64,000 nucleotides of DNA from Lytechinus pictus (GCF_037042905.1 NC_087251.1:34536001-34600000); one strand, 5' to 3'; positions 53,601 to 64,000 are shown, counted from the first letter of the stretch. The notes: generated by a model not told the origin, from the sequence alone. A program made the numbers and translations.

Positions 53601-56600
53601 AAGGGAAACATGGCTTGATCAGGGTTCCCACAAAAGTTTGAAAACAGAATTCCATGACTTTTCCATGACTAAATTACTGCTTTCCATGACTTCCCGTGAC
53701 GTACCGAGAGTTATATAATTTGGGATGTCAAAAAAAAATGGGAAAAGTGGAAATCATGAACACCAATTATAATAGCAGAGTATGATCACAGAGTATAAGA
53801 GTTGCAAGACACAACAAACTAGAAAGCTGCCATAGCCAAGAGGTAAATGCAATTCCCTGACTTTTCCCTGACTTTCCATGACCACAAATTTTTCCAGGAT
53901 TTTCCGGGACTGTGGGAACCCTGTTGATGCATAGAAGGGTACAATTAATCCCACATGAAGGGTGGGGTGTGGTATAGTACTATGATCATGAACCACACAT
54001 GGGGTATGTTCTGATTCATATAATAACACATGAGTGAAGCTAATCACATATCCTGTTGCTCGTTCCCAAATCAAATCTAATGTGAATAACTGATGACAAT
54101 GAGCAAGTATGAATAACATGGAAGTCTAAACACAAAAAGTGCAGCAAATAATGTCAAATGCTATCTCTATCAAACTAAATTAGCATCAACATGGGGCCTT
54201 TAGTGGTGCAATAAAATCATATAATTTGGTCTGCATAAATATCAAGAGGGTATTAAATAAAGTGCCAAAATTGGAGGAATTAACCATATATAGGCTCATA
54301 CATGTACATAAAATTTGTGTGGAATATAATATAGTTATTGCAGGTATGAAATAAGTACAAAAAAACCTAACAAATATTGAAAAGGCATGAAGAAAAGCTG
54401 AGATGACAAAGTAGGAGTAGCCCAGAAACTGGAGAAGGGGGGGGGGGAGAGGGACTGAAATGAATGTGAATTCACATACCTTGGCTACTTGAGGTCTACC
54501 AAAGCATGCAGCATAGTGTAGAGAAGACGACCTTTGACCTCTGTTAACATCAGCTCCTCTCTCACAAAGAAACTCGACCTGAAAAAAGATTACCAATGAA
54601 AATCAATCAAGTTGTGTATAAAAATGGGTCAAGATTAGTTAAGGGTATGACATCCTAGCGCAAGAAGTGATCTTGAAATGAGAGTTGATTCAAATATTCA
54701 TTTAAGTTTCAGTGCATATCGTTTCAGACATGTCTTAGTATTTACTATGCATTTGGTCTCATATCAAAGAAGATATTTCACTCCTACTATTAGTGTCAAA
54801 TTTCACATTTTCAATGATTGTGACATTTATCTCTGCATACAGGTTTCCTGTTTGCTGGGATGCACTGTATATAACATACATGTACACATTTCCTTGAAAC
54901 TTGATTAGACCCATAGCGTACACTTACCACGGGTAATTTTCATCAACATCACTATTATAATAGTAATTGTCATTGTTAAAACTTATAAATGTTGTGGAAT
55001 GTGCATAAGTATATTCATGAACACAGTTTTACCTCCACAGCCACCTTAACCAAACACTTCATATATAGCTTTCATTTTCCAATCATAACATAACCATATA
55101 CCTGCCAACCATGAGAACCAAAAAAGAGGAACAAGTTACTAAGAAATTAAAAAAAATAGGAACAGTCTTATATTTCCTTTTAAATACTACAGAAATTTGT
55201 TTGCAGAACAGGAACACACTGGTTAAAATGGAAATATTCTTTTCACCAAAAATAGAAATATTCCTGTTTAATATAAATACTTGGCAGGTATGCACGAATA
55301 TCAGCTGACTATGATGACTACATGTATATCAATTCAACTTACCATTTCCTGTGTTCCAAAGGCTGAAGCCCAATTAAGCAATGTTTGACCAACATCATCC
55401 ATATAGTTAACTTCAACTGAATTGGCAAAAAAAAAGAGTATAAACAATACAAAATGATAAATATTTGTGTGGTTTTTTTTTCTTGGTGTTATCATGTGAC
55501 AATATACAAAGGATGTTGATAACACTTTGTTGAAAAAAATCTAAATCTAAAATATGAACCTTACTAACCTTCAAAAGAAAAAAAAATGACACTCCTTTAA
55601 AAACATATGAAAGAACGAGCAGAAAAAAACAACAAATAAATTATATAAGATAAAGATAAATCAGTAAATAAATAGAACAATAAATATATCAACAAAATCT
55701 ATTGTGACAAATGAAATTAAACAAACTTACAATTACATGAAAAACTCATCAGAAAAAGAACAAGTAAATAAATGAATATAATCAATAATAAAAACCATTA
55801 CTAAATGCTTAGATATAAACAAAATTACAGAATATAATCATTTTTTCATAAGAAATATATTTCTTTCAAGTTAACAAATAATGTTTTTCCAATAGCCCTT
55901 ACATTGGATTTTTTTTTATTGTACACCTAATTTGTTTCAATAATATTGTTCGAATGTAATTCCTTGAAATGCTAAAATGCTTAAATCTGAAAAACCTTTA
56001 TAGCGGGATAAACGATCCCAAGCAACTCATACCTCCGGTATCAATCGCATCGATGAGTGCATCGGTATCCTTACTACGAATACAATCAATGAGATGACGA
56101 TGGGTCCGTTCTCCGGCGCTGTCAAGGCGACGTAGACCGGTAGTGCTGCTACGAAGCCTAGGGGCGATGCTGGACTTGGGGAGTGCCTTACGACCCTCAA
56201 AGAGAAGCACCAGGAGAAGGTCAACCAGACGCATGGTGTCCAGGACACATCTGTAGGATGAGAAGATGATGGTAGGTGAGATGGGAAATTCATGTGGTAC
56301 AGGTACATGTAGGTGTTTCATAAAGCAAGGCTCCACGCTAAGTTTTTTTTTGGTGGCCAAATCGGTCCACCAAAATCATCAAATTCATTTTTTCAGTGGC
56401 CCGCAAAGCAAATTTGGTGGCCCTAAAACAATAGAAAACCTTACGATTTATCAAAACTTTGGCAGCCTGACCGGGTCACCAAGTGTAGGCTTTTACATAA
56501 TTTTGGTGGCCCGACTCTCAATTTAGGTTGCCTCGGGCCACTGCTAATGTCGAGCCCTGCATAAAGCCATTAAAGTTAAGAGCAACTTTCCAAAAACTGG

Positions 56601-57910
56601 TGATCCTTTCTTAAGAGCTTTATCAACATCTATGCAAATCTGGTGCACATAATTACTACAAGAAAGGATCATCAGTCTTCCGTAAAGTCACTATTAACAT
56701 ACGAGCAGCGATACGAAATATCCACTGGTTCTTACAGCAAACCTTATGCAATTGTGCGTTTCATAATACATGCGCCACCAATGTTCATACCACGAGAGAC
56801 ATGTGGGTGGACAACTTTTCCCTATTAAATAAGATTTACAAGATAGAATGAGCCACAAGTGAGATTTGACAAATTTCAGAAATATTGAACTAAATGAGCA
56901 ATCACGAGGAGAGGGAAGAATAAGTATTAATCAGTAGAATTCTATGAGAGCCAAGGACAACCATTGTCGACCAATCCCTCAGGATTGATATGAATGAGTA
57001 ACGTTACAATAAGGGCGCAACTTGTATGCATCTATTATGAAACACACAGATAGCAGTCAACATCTCAGCGAACTTGTGCAAACATGTATTAACACTGTCA
57101 GAGAAAACTCAGCAGGGGAATACCAAAGGGGCATTTCTTGGAAGTTGTCAGCTCTGACGATTTCAGTGGAATCCTTGGTTCTGATTGGTTGAGAAGCATG
57201 GAATGGGGCACTGGTTTGCAAAGAGAATGTATAGTAGTCTCAAAATCAAACTTTTTCAAAATCTATCTAATGAAATGTAGCCCATAATTATTTGAGAAAA
57301 TCATATTATTTTTATGGGCCTTTCGTTTAATTTACAAACCGTACTTGAAGGGCAATGGATAGAGTGCTTTGGCAGAATACACAGATAGCAAATGCTGCCT
57401 TCAATGGTCAGTACCTTATCTACGCTAGAGTACAAAAGCTACAAAACAAGTAAACATTTACTTTTCTTCATACATGTTTACAAAAAAAATATTATAATAA
57501 TGTTCCATACCTTTCATCGCCCATGAGTGCCTTTTCTATTGAAGCTGGAAGGTCTGATCGTAATAAATCCTAAAAGATGAAAATAATGAGAAATAATAAT
57601 TAGTCAAACAAATTTCATTCTTTTGAAACTCATTGCTTCATCATAATGAATATATCAGGCATTACTCAAGTATTGGGTCAAAGTATCATGAACTTTCAAA
57701 TGGTAACATAAGAAAATCCCTCACAAGGGAAGTGATCTGAAAGATTTCAAAAACTTTGGGAAGATGCTGTGCTCATGCATTCCCAAAATTGTAGAATAAC
57801 CTTCTAAAGACATCAACAGCTGTATGTGTATCAAAGCCTTTTTATATTGATACTTCTAAATTCTTCATGTGCCTTGAGCACCCGCCAGAGTGAATTTGCC
57901 CCTTTTTAAG

Positions 57911-57980
<70 letters not shown>

Positions 57981-57987
57981 CACTATT

Positions 57988-58018
<31 letters not shown>

Positions 58019-61000
58019 ACACTATTATCATCATCACATAATCATCATCATCGCTATTATCATTATGAAAATTCTTTTTTTGAACTGAAGCATGCATCTG
58101 GCTGTATTGCCTCACGGTAATTTTGAAAAGAAATATCTGAAAATCCTTACCACAATTTTTGCTCAACACTGCACATCATTTACAAATCTGTGTATCAAAT
58201 TTGAAAATCTATTTTTAGTAAATTCAGAAGTTAGAGTACCCGGTAGCCGATATTTACATGAGTAACACTAGGTGAGCCTCGGCATAGAGTTGATAGTAGA
58301 CTGATGACTGTGGAGATGTTCGGATTGCTCTTGGAGTCTGGTGTCGCCCCTGCTGCTGCCCTCGGGGTGGTGGATTGGGTGGCGGTGGTGCTGAAGGAGG
58401 CCGGCTGACCACAGTTGGCCAGACGTTCCAGAAGCTCATTGGTCAGTCCATGCCGGGCAAGAGGGGCCGGGTCTACCCCACGCCTTGTGAAGCGGTCAGC
58501 GAGGGATGCAAAGCAGCGCAAGGCTCCATCAGCAACCTGAAATGATGATAAATATAATAATTGGATTAATGTAGCGCTTTTTCCAGAGGATACAAAGAGT
58601 GACAGGGGTGTGTTTTGAGATGATTTTGAAGGTGGTCATTATTTTCATATAAAGTTAATAAATTACAATAATTGAATAACAAAGGGGACAGAGGATTCAT
58701 TCATCCATTGTTTTCTGTAATGTATATGTTAAGTATTAGATGTTGAAAAAGTATGTAATTAATACCAATACATATCAAGAGAGTAACTGATGTTCAGCAA
58801 AGGACATTTCACAGTGCAAATCTGTGTGATTGATAAAACATGGCTCTTTTGAAAAGATCATATTCATTTGATTTTAAATTTGTTACAGTGAAGCAATTAT
58901 TTTGCACATGTATGAAAGACCATACTTGACAGGTAATGATCTATTTTATGAAGATCTTTTTTATGAAATAGAAAAATATATGTAGCTGAATGAGAGTCGA
59001 GCACTTCACCTGAAAGCCATGTCAATCCTCTCATGACTGTGAAGCCATCCAATGAAACTGAAATTGTATAATTTTCGGCTTGAAGGATTATCCTTCTTTA
59101 TTCTGTGAAACCTTGCAATTAATATAATCAGTTTGTTGTTTTTCTTCACTGTGTGGGCATTTTAAATCTCTGACATGCAACTCCGAATCATATTAAGACT
59201 CAATATTCCAGTAAAGAAATTCAATGCTACATGCTCTTCTGTTTGATTCTATAACTTTTTTTTTAATTCTTTTTTCCCCTTTATTTTTTATTTTTAAACT
59301 TCATGAAGGGTTTCTTCCTGCTTTTCTTATTTTTCTTCAGTGACGTATGAAGATGAAAGGTTTCATGACAAATTGTAGAATATGTACACCAAACGACATG
59401 ATGGGTCATTTGCTGTGCACATAGCCTCTGTCTTTGACAGACCTAAAACAACAACTTTGATTTTCAAAAATTACTTTGGATGAAAATTATTAAATTAGTA
59501 TCATCAATCATTACAATTTGTATCTGAACATGACTGCAGAGTCAACTCTCTTTAAAATAAAAAAAATTTTGTAAAAAAAAATTCGTAAAAAAAATTATAT
59601 TTATTCATCTGCAATTCTGTTATTGATTGGGGGGGGGGGGAGACGACCAAAAAATGACAATTTTTTTTATAAATTTGATTAATAGGGTACACTGTAATAT
59701 TTTATGTGGCCTACATGTAGATCCTTTCCCATTCCCCATCTTTCTTTTTCTTTTATTTCCTTTTTTGCACTACTATAAAAATCATAGGGGGTAGCATCCT
59801 ATCCTCCAAGCCCCAATTCCTCTGTGGCCACCCCTGTTTTCAAGAACAACCATGTTGTGAGTCAGACATGGTAATTTTTATGTAATTTGTGTACATGTAC
59901 ATGTACATGTAATCTATAGAGGTAAGTGTAGATAAGAAAAACTTTTGCATTTTCTTTTTATAATTACTGCTGGCAATCACACATTGAAATTGGCAACTTT
60001 TCGCTCAAATCTTGCTTTTATTCATTTTGGCTAGTGTTCCATCTATATTTATTTTTTTCTCCAAAATATGAAGTGAATGGAAAAATTAAATGCTATTGCC
60101 AATTTGAGGAGCAAAAGAACATTTAATAATCATGACTTGATGAAAACTGTGTAGCTCTATAGGTAGTACCATAGTATTAAAAGTTCAGTCCAATTATAAG
60201 ATTTAAGTTCAGTTTCCATGAATTACAGCAACTCACCTTCATGAGAAGCGAGTTGATGTGTATTCATGTACACGGGCAAATCTCTTTAAGTCTGCAAATC
60301 CTCCGTGGGGGTCATAAGGACTTTGCATTAATCAGGCTCTGTACAGAGCTCTATAAAGTATTATGTTTTGCACTGTGTGGCAAGCCGCAATGTAATCCAA
60401 AACAAATTTACAACTGTATATTATGTATGCAGTAATAAATAGCTCTCAAAATTTTTAGAATTCATAATAGGAAATACTTGGGATTACATTGAATTAAAAA
60501 TTAGCCATTACTTTGTGCAAAGGTTTATTTTCTCAGTGTTTAAAAGTGGTAGTGAAAAAGCATGGAACAGGGTAGAGAACTTGTAAATGTAAATAACAAA
60601 TTGCCAATCCAGTACATGATACGTGTATCACACGACAAGACTCAACTACCATAAAACTGATGAAAAGCGAAAGATGAAAGAGAAAACATATATATAAAGA
60701 CAGCTACAGCCGTTTCAATTCGTTCATACTTAATTATTCAGTTGTGATGTTTATGACAAGTGAGGTAAATACAGTGTAAAAGTAATATGACAACATATCG
60801 TTATTCATTAAAAAAGGGGGAATACAAGCATTTGAACACTAAGGGAAATGGGAGAGCAAGAGCAAAATTAATACATGTAGCTTGTTATACAGTGCAAGAA
60901 TGCACAGATCGGTAGATCTGAGGCAAAAGAATGCAAAATTATCTGGCAACGTGTATACCCACAGAAAATTATCAATTATCTTTATTGCAAAATTCAATTT

Positions 61001-64000
61001 GCTTGAAACTTGGCTGCCAAAAGAAAATTAAGAACTATGGCATCTATGCAATATTTTCAGGCAGCAAAAACACTGAATCGCATCCGGAAAAGGAAAGGAA
61101 AAAACAATGCCATCAGAAAAGAATTTTGGCAGGAAAATGGCATTAAAAGTTTCACAGATTTCAAAGTTCTTAAGGATTGTTCTGACATGCTGCAACAATG
61201 CTCAGGAACATTATTGTGTTCCAAGTTAATGGGATATGAAGTGTCAAAAAATATGTTGCAGAGGCTAGCGACTTTCAATTTTAACATCGCAAAGAAACAA
61301 CAAAACTGTGGATAAAATCTATTTCTTCAAAAAAGTGAGGACAAATGAAAACAAAATTAGTGCTAAATGATAGGTCAAGAGTTGTGCGTTCAAGCTAATA
61401 ACATCATGTGATATGATGATGTAATAATAAAAAATTTCAACATCAAATACCTTTAAAGGACAAGTCCACCCAAACAAAAAGTTGATTTAAATAAAAAGAG
61501 AAAAATCCAACAAGCATAACTCTAAAAATTTCATCAAAATCGGATGTACAATTAGAAAGTTATGACATTTTAAAGCTTCCCTTAATTTCACAAAACAGTT
61601 ATATGCACATCCTGGTCGGTATGCAAATGAGGAGACTGATGACGTCATCCACTCACTATTTCTTTTGTATTTTATTATATGAAATATGAAATATTCTAAT
61701 TTTCCCCTCATTTTCAAGTGAAACAGCGATTATTCCTCCCTGAACATGTAGAATTGGCATTGTTTAATACTATATGATTTAGTCAACTTGGTCCTTATTG
61801 TCAAATCTGTAAAAAATGAAATATTATATAATTCAAACAATAAAAAACAAAAGAAATAGTGAGTGATGGACATCATCGACTGACTGACTTGCATGACACT
61901 GAATTGTGCATATCACTGTTTTGTGAAAAATAACAAAACTTTAAAATGCCATAACCTTCTTATTTTACTTCCGATTTTGATGAAATTTTCAGCATTTTGC
62001 TAGTTTGATTTTTCTCTATTTATTCAAATCAACATTTTTTAGGGGTGGACTTGACCTTTAATACTGAAATCATTATGATGTCATGGGTTTGTACGCACAA
62101 TATATGACCACTTTTTGAGACTTGAAGCATGCAATTCATATGTATCAGCATACATGTAAATGGTGTACTTTTTCTGACTACGTATGAACATGAAAACAAA
62201 TGTTGATGAGGCTTTGAGCATACCTGAACAAAACATTATTCCACAGCTTGTTAAAATCTAGATTTTGTGAAAGCATGGTGAATGTATAGGTGACAAATAC
62301 TCCTCTTTGTTTTATTTTATTTTTTTTACAGAATGCATTAATCTTGAACTATCAGTTGGATTTCAAGTACATTCCTTATGAAATAACTATTAACAAGAAT
62401 GGAATTTAATAGTGTACATTGGAATTTCACAATGAAATAAAAAAGAATGTAGATTTCAAATAAGAAACTTACATGCGGATCCTCATGTTTGAGCAGAGTG
62501 GAGAGGGACTCCACACACGTCTCCAAGGAGCCGTCCGATGGCTCCATCTTGCCACAGAGCCTGGAGACCACTGCCATGGCCGAGTGGAGGGTATCCTTGT
62601 GGATCATGGAGCCGTTGTCTCGGATGAAAGATAAGACGCAATGGAGACCACCAGCCTCAAACACGGCTCCTGACTCCCTTGTGCACATCAGTTCAAGGAC
62701 CTAGGTGACATATTAAAAATTATGAAAAACATATTGATATGAACTTTGATTTTTTAGGTTAAATTCAAGACTGGATTAATGGATATTGTAGTCCAGATTG
62801 GGCCTTGGTGTTTGGAAGTTCTCTTTCCCAAAGCTAACATAGAGGGCACATGACTCCCACTCTCTAATCAGCGCCAATCCACTCATCTTCCCTTATATCA
62901 AAAGTTGATTTTCCAAAATATACATGTACATTAAAACATTTTTTTTAATGCATAAATAATCAACTGGAAGTTCATTATGTTCATTTGAAGAAAAAAATCA
63001 AAATAAGATAAATGCAAATGTCATAATACATTATTTTCTTATTTCTATTTCATTTTAATAATTAAACCTTATTTCATATTCTAGACATTATAAAAAAAAA
63101 AACATTCAACCACATATAAAGCAATACCCATTGGTAAATACATGTAACATACAGTATCAAAGAATGTTTACCATATGTTGACACAACATTTCTTATTCCA
63201 TATTTCATGATATTGGACTAAAACATATTTCTATTTACGGAAAGATAAGGGGATTTGTGTAAATTATAGATTTCAAAGCTCTCTGCCAAGGTGCCCCTCC
63301 TTCATAATGCCTCTGGCAATCAAGATTAATTTTCCATCATGAAAGTCCCCCATGACTTTATAACACGATGGCATGTTTGGCACAAAGAAATGGTTTATAT
63401 TCACTTGGTCTACAAGAACTTGGTCTACTACATGTACTCAGTTCAGTTTAATACCAAATAGGCTAAACCCTTTGGTCTACTACCAATTTGGTCCAATTGC
63501 TGTTTGGTCTACTGCACTTGGTCTAATGTCTACTTAGTTCAATCTTACAGAAGATTAATGCCCAGTTGGTCTAATGTCCACTATTCATTTATAGTTTTTA
63601 CTTTGTTAAAAAAAAATGAAAATTTGATTCAGAAAGAGTTTATCTGTTCATATTGTATTAGACCAATACGAAATGAGTAATGTATATTAAACTGGACATT
63701 AGAAGAAATGTTAAATGGGCTTTGAAGTGGTAATTAATCAAATGGTAAGTAAACTAATAAGTTGTAGACGAACTACATGTAGGAGTAGACACCATGTGGG
63801 ATTAGACCAAATGGAAAGTAGACAAAACAGGTGTAGACCAATTGGCAATTTACCAAGAATTTAGTATAAAAGAAACCATTACTCAAGGTACATGCACGTT
63901 TACCTTAATGCATTGTTCAGCTAAATCCTTGCTGGTTCGACAAGACAGCTCGACAACAACCAGACGATTGCAAAGGGCCTTAACAGCGCCATCTACAGCC
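19111..64000 (-). CDS. HECTD1: E3 ubiquitin-protein ligase HECTD1 ortholog, 42 coding exons in window, 5' end outside window
   Basis: Spliced translation gives recognisable HECTD1 motifs in the expected order: [31 protein letters not shown], ankyrin [15 protein letters not shown] / [37 protein letters not shown]-like [30 protein letters not shown] and HECT C-terminus [16 protein letters not shown]...KEKGFHLN*. All junctions are GT-AG and phase-consistent. Confidence 0.96.
20000..20150 (-). CDS. HECTD1: HECTD1 exon, HECT domain
   Basis: [50 protein letters not shown](S). Confidence 0.94.
20740..20912 (-). CDS. HECTD1: HECTD1 exon, HECT domain
   Basis: [14 protein letters not shown]...[30 protein letters not shown]. 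Confidence 0.94.
21413..22041 (-). CDS. HECTD1: HECTD1 exon, HECT N-lobe with insert
   Basis: [24 protein letters not shown]...[21 protein letters not shown]...VRLEDL(G). Confidence 0.94.
22609..22746 (-). CDS. HECTD1: HECTD1 exon, start of HECT domain
   Basis: [37 protein letters not shown]. Confidence 0.94.
23310..23508 (-). CDS. HECTD1: HECTD1 exon
   Basis: [11 protein letters not shown]...[24 protein letters not shown]...RKSILE. Confidence 0.93.
24719..24846 (-). CDS. HECTD1: HECTD1 exon
   Basis: [42 protein letters not shown](R). Confidence 0.93.
25623..25705 (-). CDS. HECTD1: HECTD1 exon
   Basis: [28 protein letters not shown]. Confidence 0.91.
26086..26278 (-). CDS. HECTD1: HECTD1 exon
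   Basis: EFIQLGL...[23 protein letters not shown]. Confidence 0.9.
26509..26645. mobile_element. Short MITE between TTAA sites
   Basis: GGACATTCCCAGTTA ... TAACTGTGGAACGTTC. Confidence 0.55.
26912..27094 (-). CDS. HECTD1: HECTD1 exon
   Basis: [41 protein letters not shown]...LIAAYR. Confidence 0.92.
27998..28058 (-). CDS. HECTD1: HECTD1 exon
   Basis: [20 protein letters not shown], continuing WEPTYTxxYRE. Confidence 0.87.
28518..28648 (-). CDS. HECTD1: HECTD1 exon
   Basis: [20 protein letters not shown]...[11 protein letters not shown](T). Confidence 0.91.
28942..29030 (-). CDS. HECTD1: HECTD1 exon
   Basis: [30 protein letters not shown]. Confidence 0.88.
29791..29947 (-). CDS. HECTD1: HECTD1 exon
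   Basis: [52 protein letters not shown]. Confidence 0.94.
30417..30694 (-). CDS. HECTD1: HECTD1 exon, Ser/acidic-rich
   Basis: [12 protein letters not shown]...[15 protein letters not shown]...[23 protein letters not shown]. Confidence 0.9.
30822..31022. repeat. Imperfect (ATC)n/(AGC)n microsatellite
   Basis: Directly visible. Confidence 0.95.
31211..31639. mobile_element. hAT-like non-autonomous element (CAGGG termini)
   Basis: CAGGGTTCCCA ... TGGGTACCCTG; repeated subterminal aattccctga; flanks taatc/taatt. Confidence 0.72.
31910..32140 (-). CDS. HECTD1: HECTD1 exon, Ser-rich
   Basis: [24 protein letters not shown]...SSGLPS; SVPNL motif as in HECTD1. Confidence 0.87.
32502..32880. mobile_element. 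65-bp inverted repeat; probable Penelope-like retroelement remnant
   Basis: 32502-32566 and 32778-32842 are reverse complements with 3 mismatches; minus strand reads [14 protein letters not shown] (GIY-YIG-like) and GA-CGGACAG-TCAAC-CTGCCC-GAAAC. Confidence 0.5.
33093..33320 (-). CDS. HECTD1: HECTD1 exon, low-complexity region
   Basis: [26 protein letters not shown]...AIELPPTT; phase 1-1; long pyrimidine-rich acceptor. Confidence 0.82.
34703..34942 (-). CDS. HECTD1: HECTD1 exon, low-complexity region
   Basis: [14 protein letters not shown]...[26 protein letters not shown]-rich, phase 1-1. Confidence 0.85.
35692..35871 (-). CDS. HECTD1: HECTD1 exon, degenerate N-half of MIB/HERC2 domain
   Basis: [59 protein letters not shown]. 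Confidence 0.88.
36476..37089. mobile_element. Kolobok-like MITE, related second family
   Basis: TTAA|AGGGATGGTCCAGGCTG ... CAGCCCGGACCATCCCT|TTAA with long imperfect inverted arms. Confidence 0.88.
37181..37347 (-). CDS. HECTD1: HECTD1 exon, end of SUN-like domain
   Basis: STATWPLEP...[40 protein letters not shown]. Confidence 0.93.
37750..37980. repeat. Imperfect (ATC)/(ATT)n microsatellite
   Basis: Directly visible. Confidence 0.95.
37994..38173 (-). CDS. HECTD1: HECTD1 exon, SUN-like domain
   Basis: [41 protein letters not shown]...SLNEP(G). Confidence 0.94.
38932..39075 (-). CDS. HECTD1: HECTD1 exon, SUN-like domain
   Basis: [47 protein letters not shown](K). Confidence 0.94.
39563..39702 (-). 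CDS. HECTD1: HECTD1 exon
   Basis: [16 protein letters not shown]...[16 protein letters not shown](K). Confidence 0.92.
40251..40385 (-). CDS. HECTD1: HECTD1 exon
   Basis: [45 protein letters not shown]. Confidence 0.94.
40826..40990 (+). mobile_element. SINE core/tail remnant (related pieces ~24985-25150, ~28680-28900 on minus, ~31050-31130)
   Basis: Shared cccaggtgaggt and ttccttgaaa...gctgctctgct motifs, with ATT-rich tails. Confidence 0.5.
41012..41123 (-). CDS. HECTD1: HECTD1 exon
   Basis: [37 protein letters not shown]. Confidence 0.92.
41862..41953 (-). CDS. HECTD1: HECTD1 exon
   Basis: [30 protein letters not shown](G); phase fits neighbours. Confidence 0.87.
42200..42379 (-). mobile_element. 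tRNA-derived SINE
   Basis: Minus strand GGGGCGCCACAGCTCAGT (A-box-like) ... GGGTTCAATTCC (B box), followed by a non-tRNA body; no acceptor stem. Confidence 0.75.
42490..42636 (-). CDS. HECTD1: HECTD1 exon
   Basis: GIDEEQGW...[24 protein letters not shown]. Confidence 0.9.
44639..44776 (-). CDS. HECTD1: HECTD1 exon
   Basis: [46 protein letters not shown]. Confidence 0.9.
45465..45629 (-). CDS. HECTD1: HECTD1 exon (an alternative acceptor would extend it to 45635)
   Basis: [55 protein letters not shown]. Confidence 0.9.
46562..46737 (-). CDS. HECTD1: HECTD1 exon
   Basis: [17 protein letters not shown]...[22 protein letters not shown]. Confidence 0.92.
47089..47422 (-). CDS. HECTD1: HECTD1 exon with poly-Q/H tract
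   Basis: [14 protein letters not shown]...[61 protein letters not shown]. Confidence 0.93.
47911..48087 (-). CDS. HECTD1: HECTD1 exon
   Basis: [43 protein letters not shown]...QVKR. Confidence 0.92.
48426..48708. repeat. Imperfect (ATC)n microsatellite
   Basis: Directly visible. Confidence 0.95.
48736..48871 (-). CDS. HECTD1: HECTD1 exon
   Basis: [13 protein letters not shown]...[12 protein letters not shown]. Confidence 0.92.
49995..50390. repeat. (CT)n/(GTCT)n low-complexity tract
   Basis: Directly visible. Confidence 0.9.
50390..50740 (+). mobile_element. L2-clade LINE 3' end
   Basis: [41 protein letters not shown], then gagcgcttag...aagcgccctacaaat and an (ATT)n tail. Confidence 0.85.
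50802..51063. mobile_element. Short MITE; a truncated left end of the same family lies at ~12690-12752
   Basis: GGCCCCGTCTAACAAAGAG ... TTTGTAAGACGGGCCC. Confidence 0.72.
51716..51896 (-). CDS. HECTD1: HECTD1 exon
   Basis: GEWMVPV...[32 protein letters not shown](R). Confidence 0.92.
52014..52175 (-). pseudogene. Decayed partial tandem duplicate (pseudoexon) of HECTD1 exon 51716-51896
   Basis: Aligns by eye with ~51767-51955, including the intron flank; acceptor lost, TAG in place of GAA, internal deletion. Confidence 0.8.
52192..52326. mobile_element. Short MITE
   Basis: AGGGAGCATTTCATGAAACA ... TGCTTCATGAAACACTCCCCTG. Confidence 0.7.
52485..52608 (-). CDS. HECTD1: HECTD1 exon, ankyrin repeat
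   Basis: [44 protein letters not shown] acceptor. Confidence 0.92.
53620..53923. mobile_element. hAT-like non-autonomous element with 5-bp TSD
   Basis: TTGAT|CAGGGTTCCCAC ... GTGGGAACCCTG|TTGAT; repeated ttccatgact. Confidence 0.8.
54480..54578 (-). CDS. HECTD1: HECTD1 exon, ankyrin repeat
   Basis: [33 protein letters not shown]. Confidence 0.94.
55343..55416 (-). CDS. HECTD1: HECTD1 exon, ankyrin repeat
   Basis: [25 protein letters not shown]. Confidence 0.93.
56033..56250 (-). CDS. HECTD1: HECTD1 exon
   Basis: [26 protein letters not shown]...[12 protein letters not shown]. Confidence 0.93.
56326..56559. mobile_element. Non-autonomous DNA element with 7-bp TSD nested in another MITE
   Basis: CATAAAG|CAAGGCTCCAC ... 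GTCGAGCCCTG|CATAAAG; repeated ggtggcc. Confidence 0.72.
57511..57569 (-). CDS. HECTD1: HECTD1 exon
   Basis: [19 protein letters not shown](R); phase 0 to 2. Confidence 0.9.
57911..58066. repeat. (ATC)n microsatellite
   Basis: Directly visible. Confidence 0.95.
58258..58536 (-). CDS. HECTD1: HECTD1 exon
   Basis: [27 protein letters not shown]...[12 protein letters not shown]. Confidence 0.93.
61457..62057 (-). mobile_element. Kolobok-like MITE, same family as 8533-9084, opposite orientation
   Basis: TTAA|AGGACAAGTCCACCC ... GGGGTGGACTTGACCT|TTAA. Confidence 0.9.
62473..62700 (-). CDS. HECTD1: HECTD1 exon
   Basis: [19 protein letters not shown]...[12 protein letters not shown] boundaries. 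Confidence 0.93.
63403..63855. mobile_element. Foldback-like element with arrayed TTGGTCTA / TAGACCAA motifs (second copy ~7697-8470)
   Basis: Left half repeats (t)ggtcta, right half repeats tagac(caa); both copies end in a similar ...agaccaa-tggcaat-tacc. Confidence 0.6.
63904..64000 (-). CDS. HECTD1: HECTD1 exon (partial, runs off window), ARM-like region
   Basis: [32 protein letters not shown] followed by a GT donor. Confidence 0.92.

Overview
AT-rich animal genomic DNA with GT-AG introns and many short repeats. The repeat landscape suggests an invertebrate deuterostome such as a sea urchin, but that is inference. Most of the window (about 15986-64000) is a minus-strand HECTD1 ortholog, an E3 ubiquitin ligase with ARM-like, ankyrin, SUN-like and HECT regions. 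I traced 42 phase-consistent coding exons by hand, about 2450 codons from the window edge to the stop at 19111; the N-terminus lies beyond 64000. At left are the last two coding exons of an unidentified plus-strand single-pass membrane protein, convergent with HECTD1 and possibly with a very long 3' UTR. Between the two 3' ends is a 2.4-kb nested satellite whose core is packed with the palindrome TTGCGCAATATTGCGCAA. Introns and UTRs carry Tc1/mariner-, Kolobok-, Harbinger- and hAT-like MITEs, L2 LINE tails, SINEs and (ATC)n tracts. There is no CRISPR array or prokaryotic system. The most notable oddities are the satellite, an apparently degenerated MIB/HERC2 domain in HECTD1, a decayed duplicate of one exon, and an intronic Penelope-like hairpin remnant.
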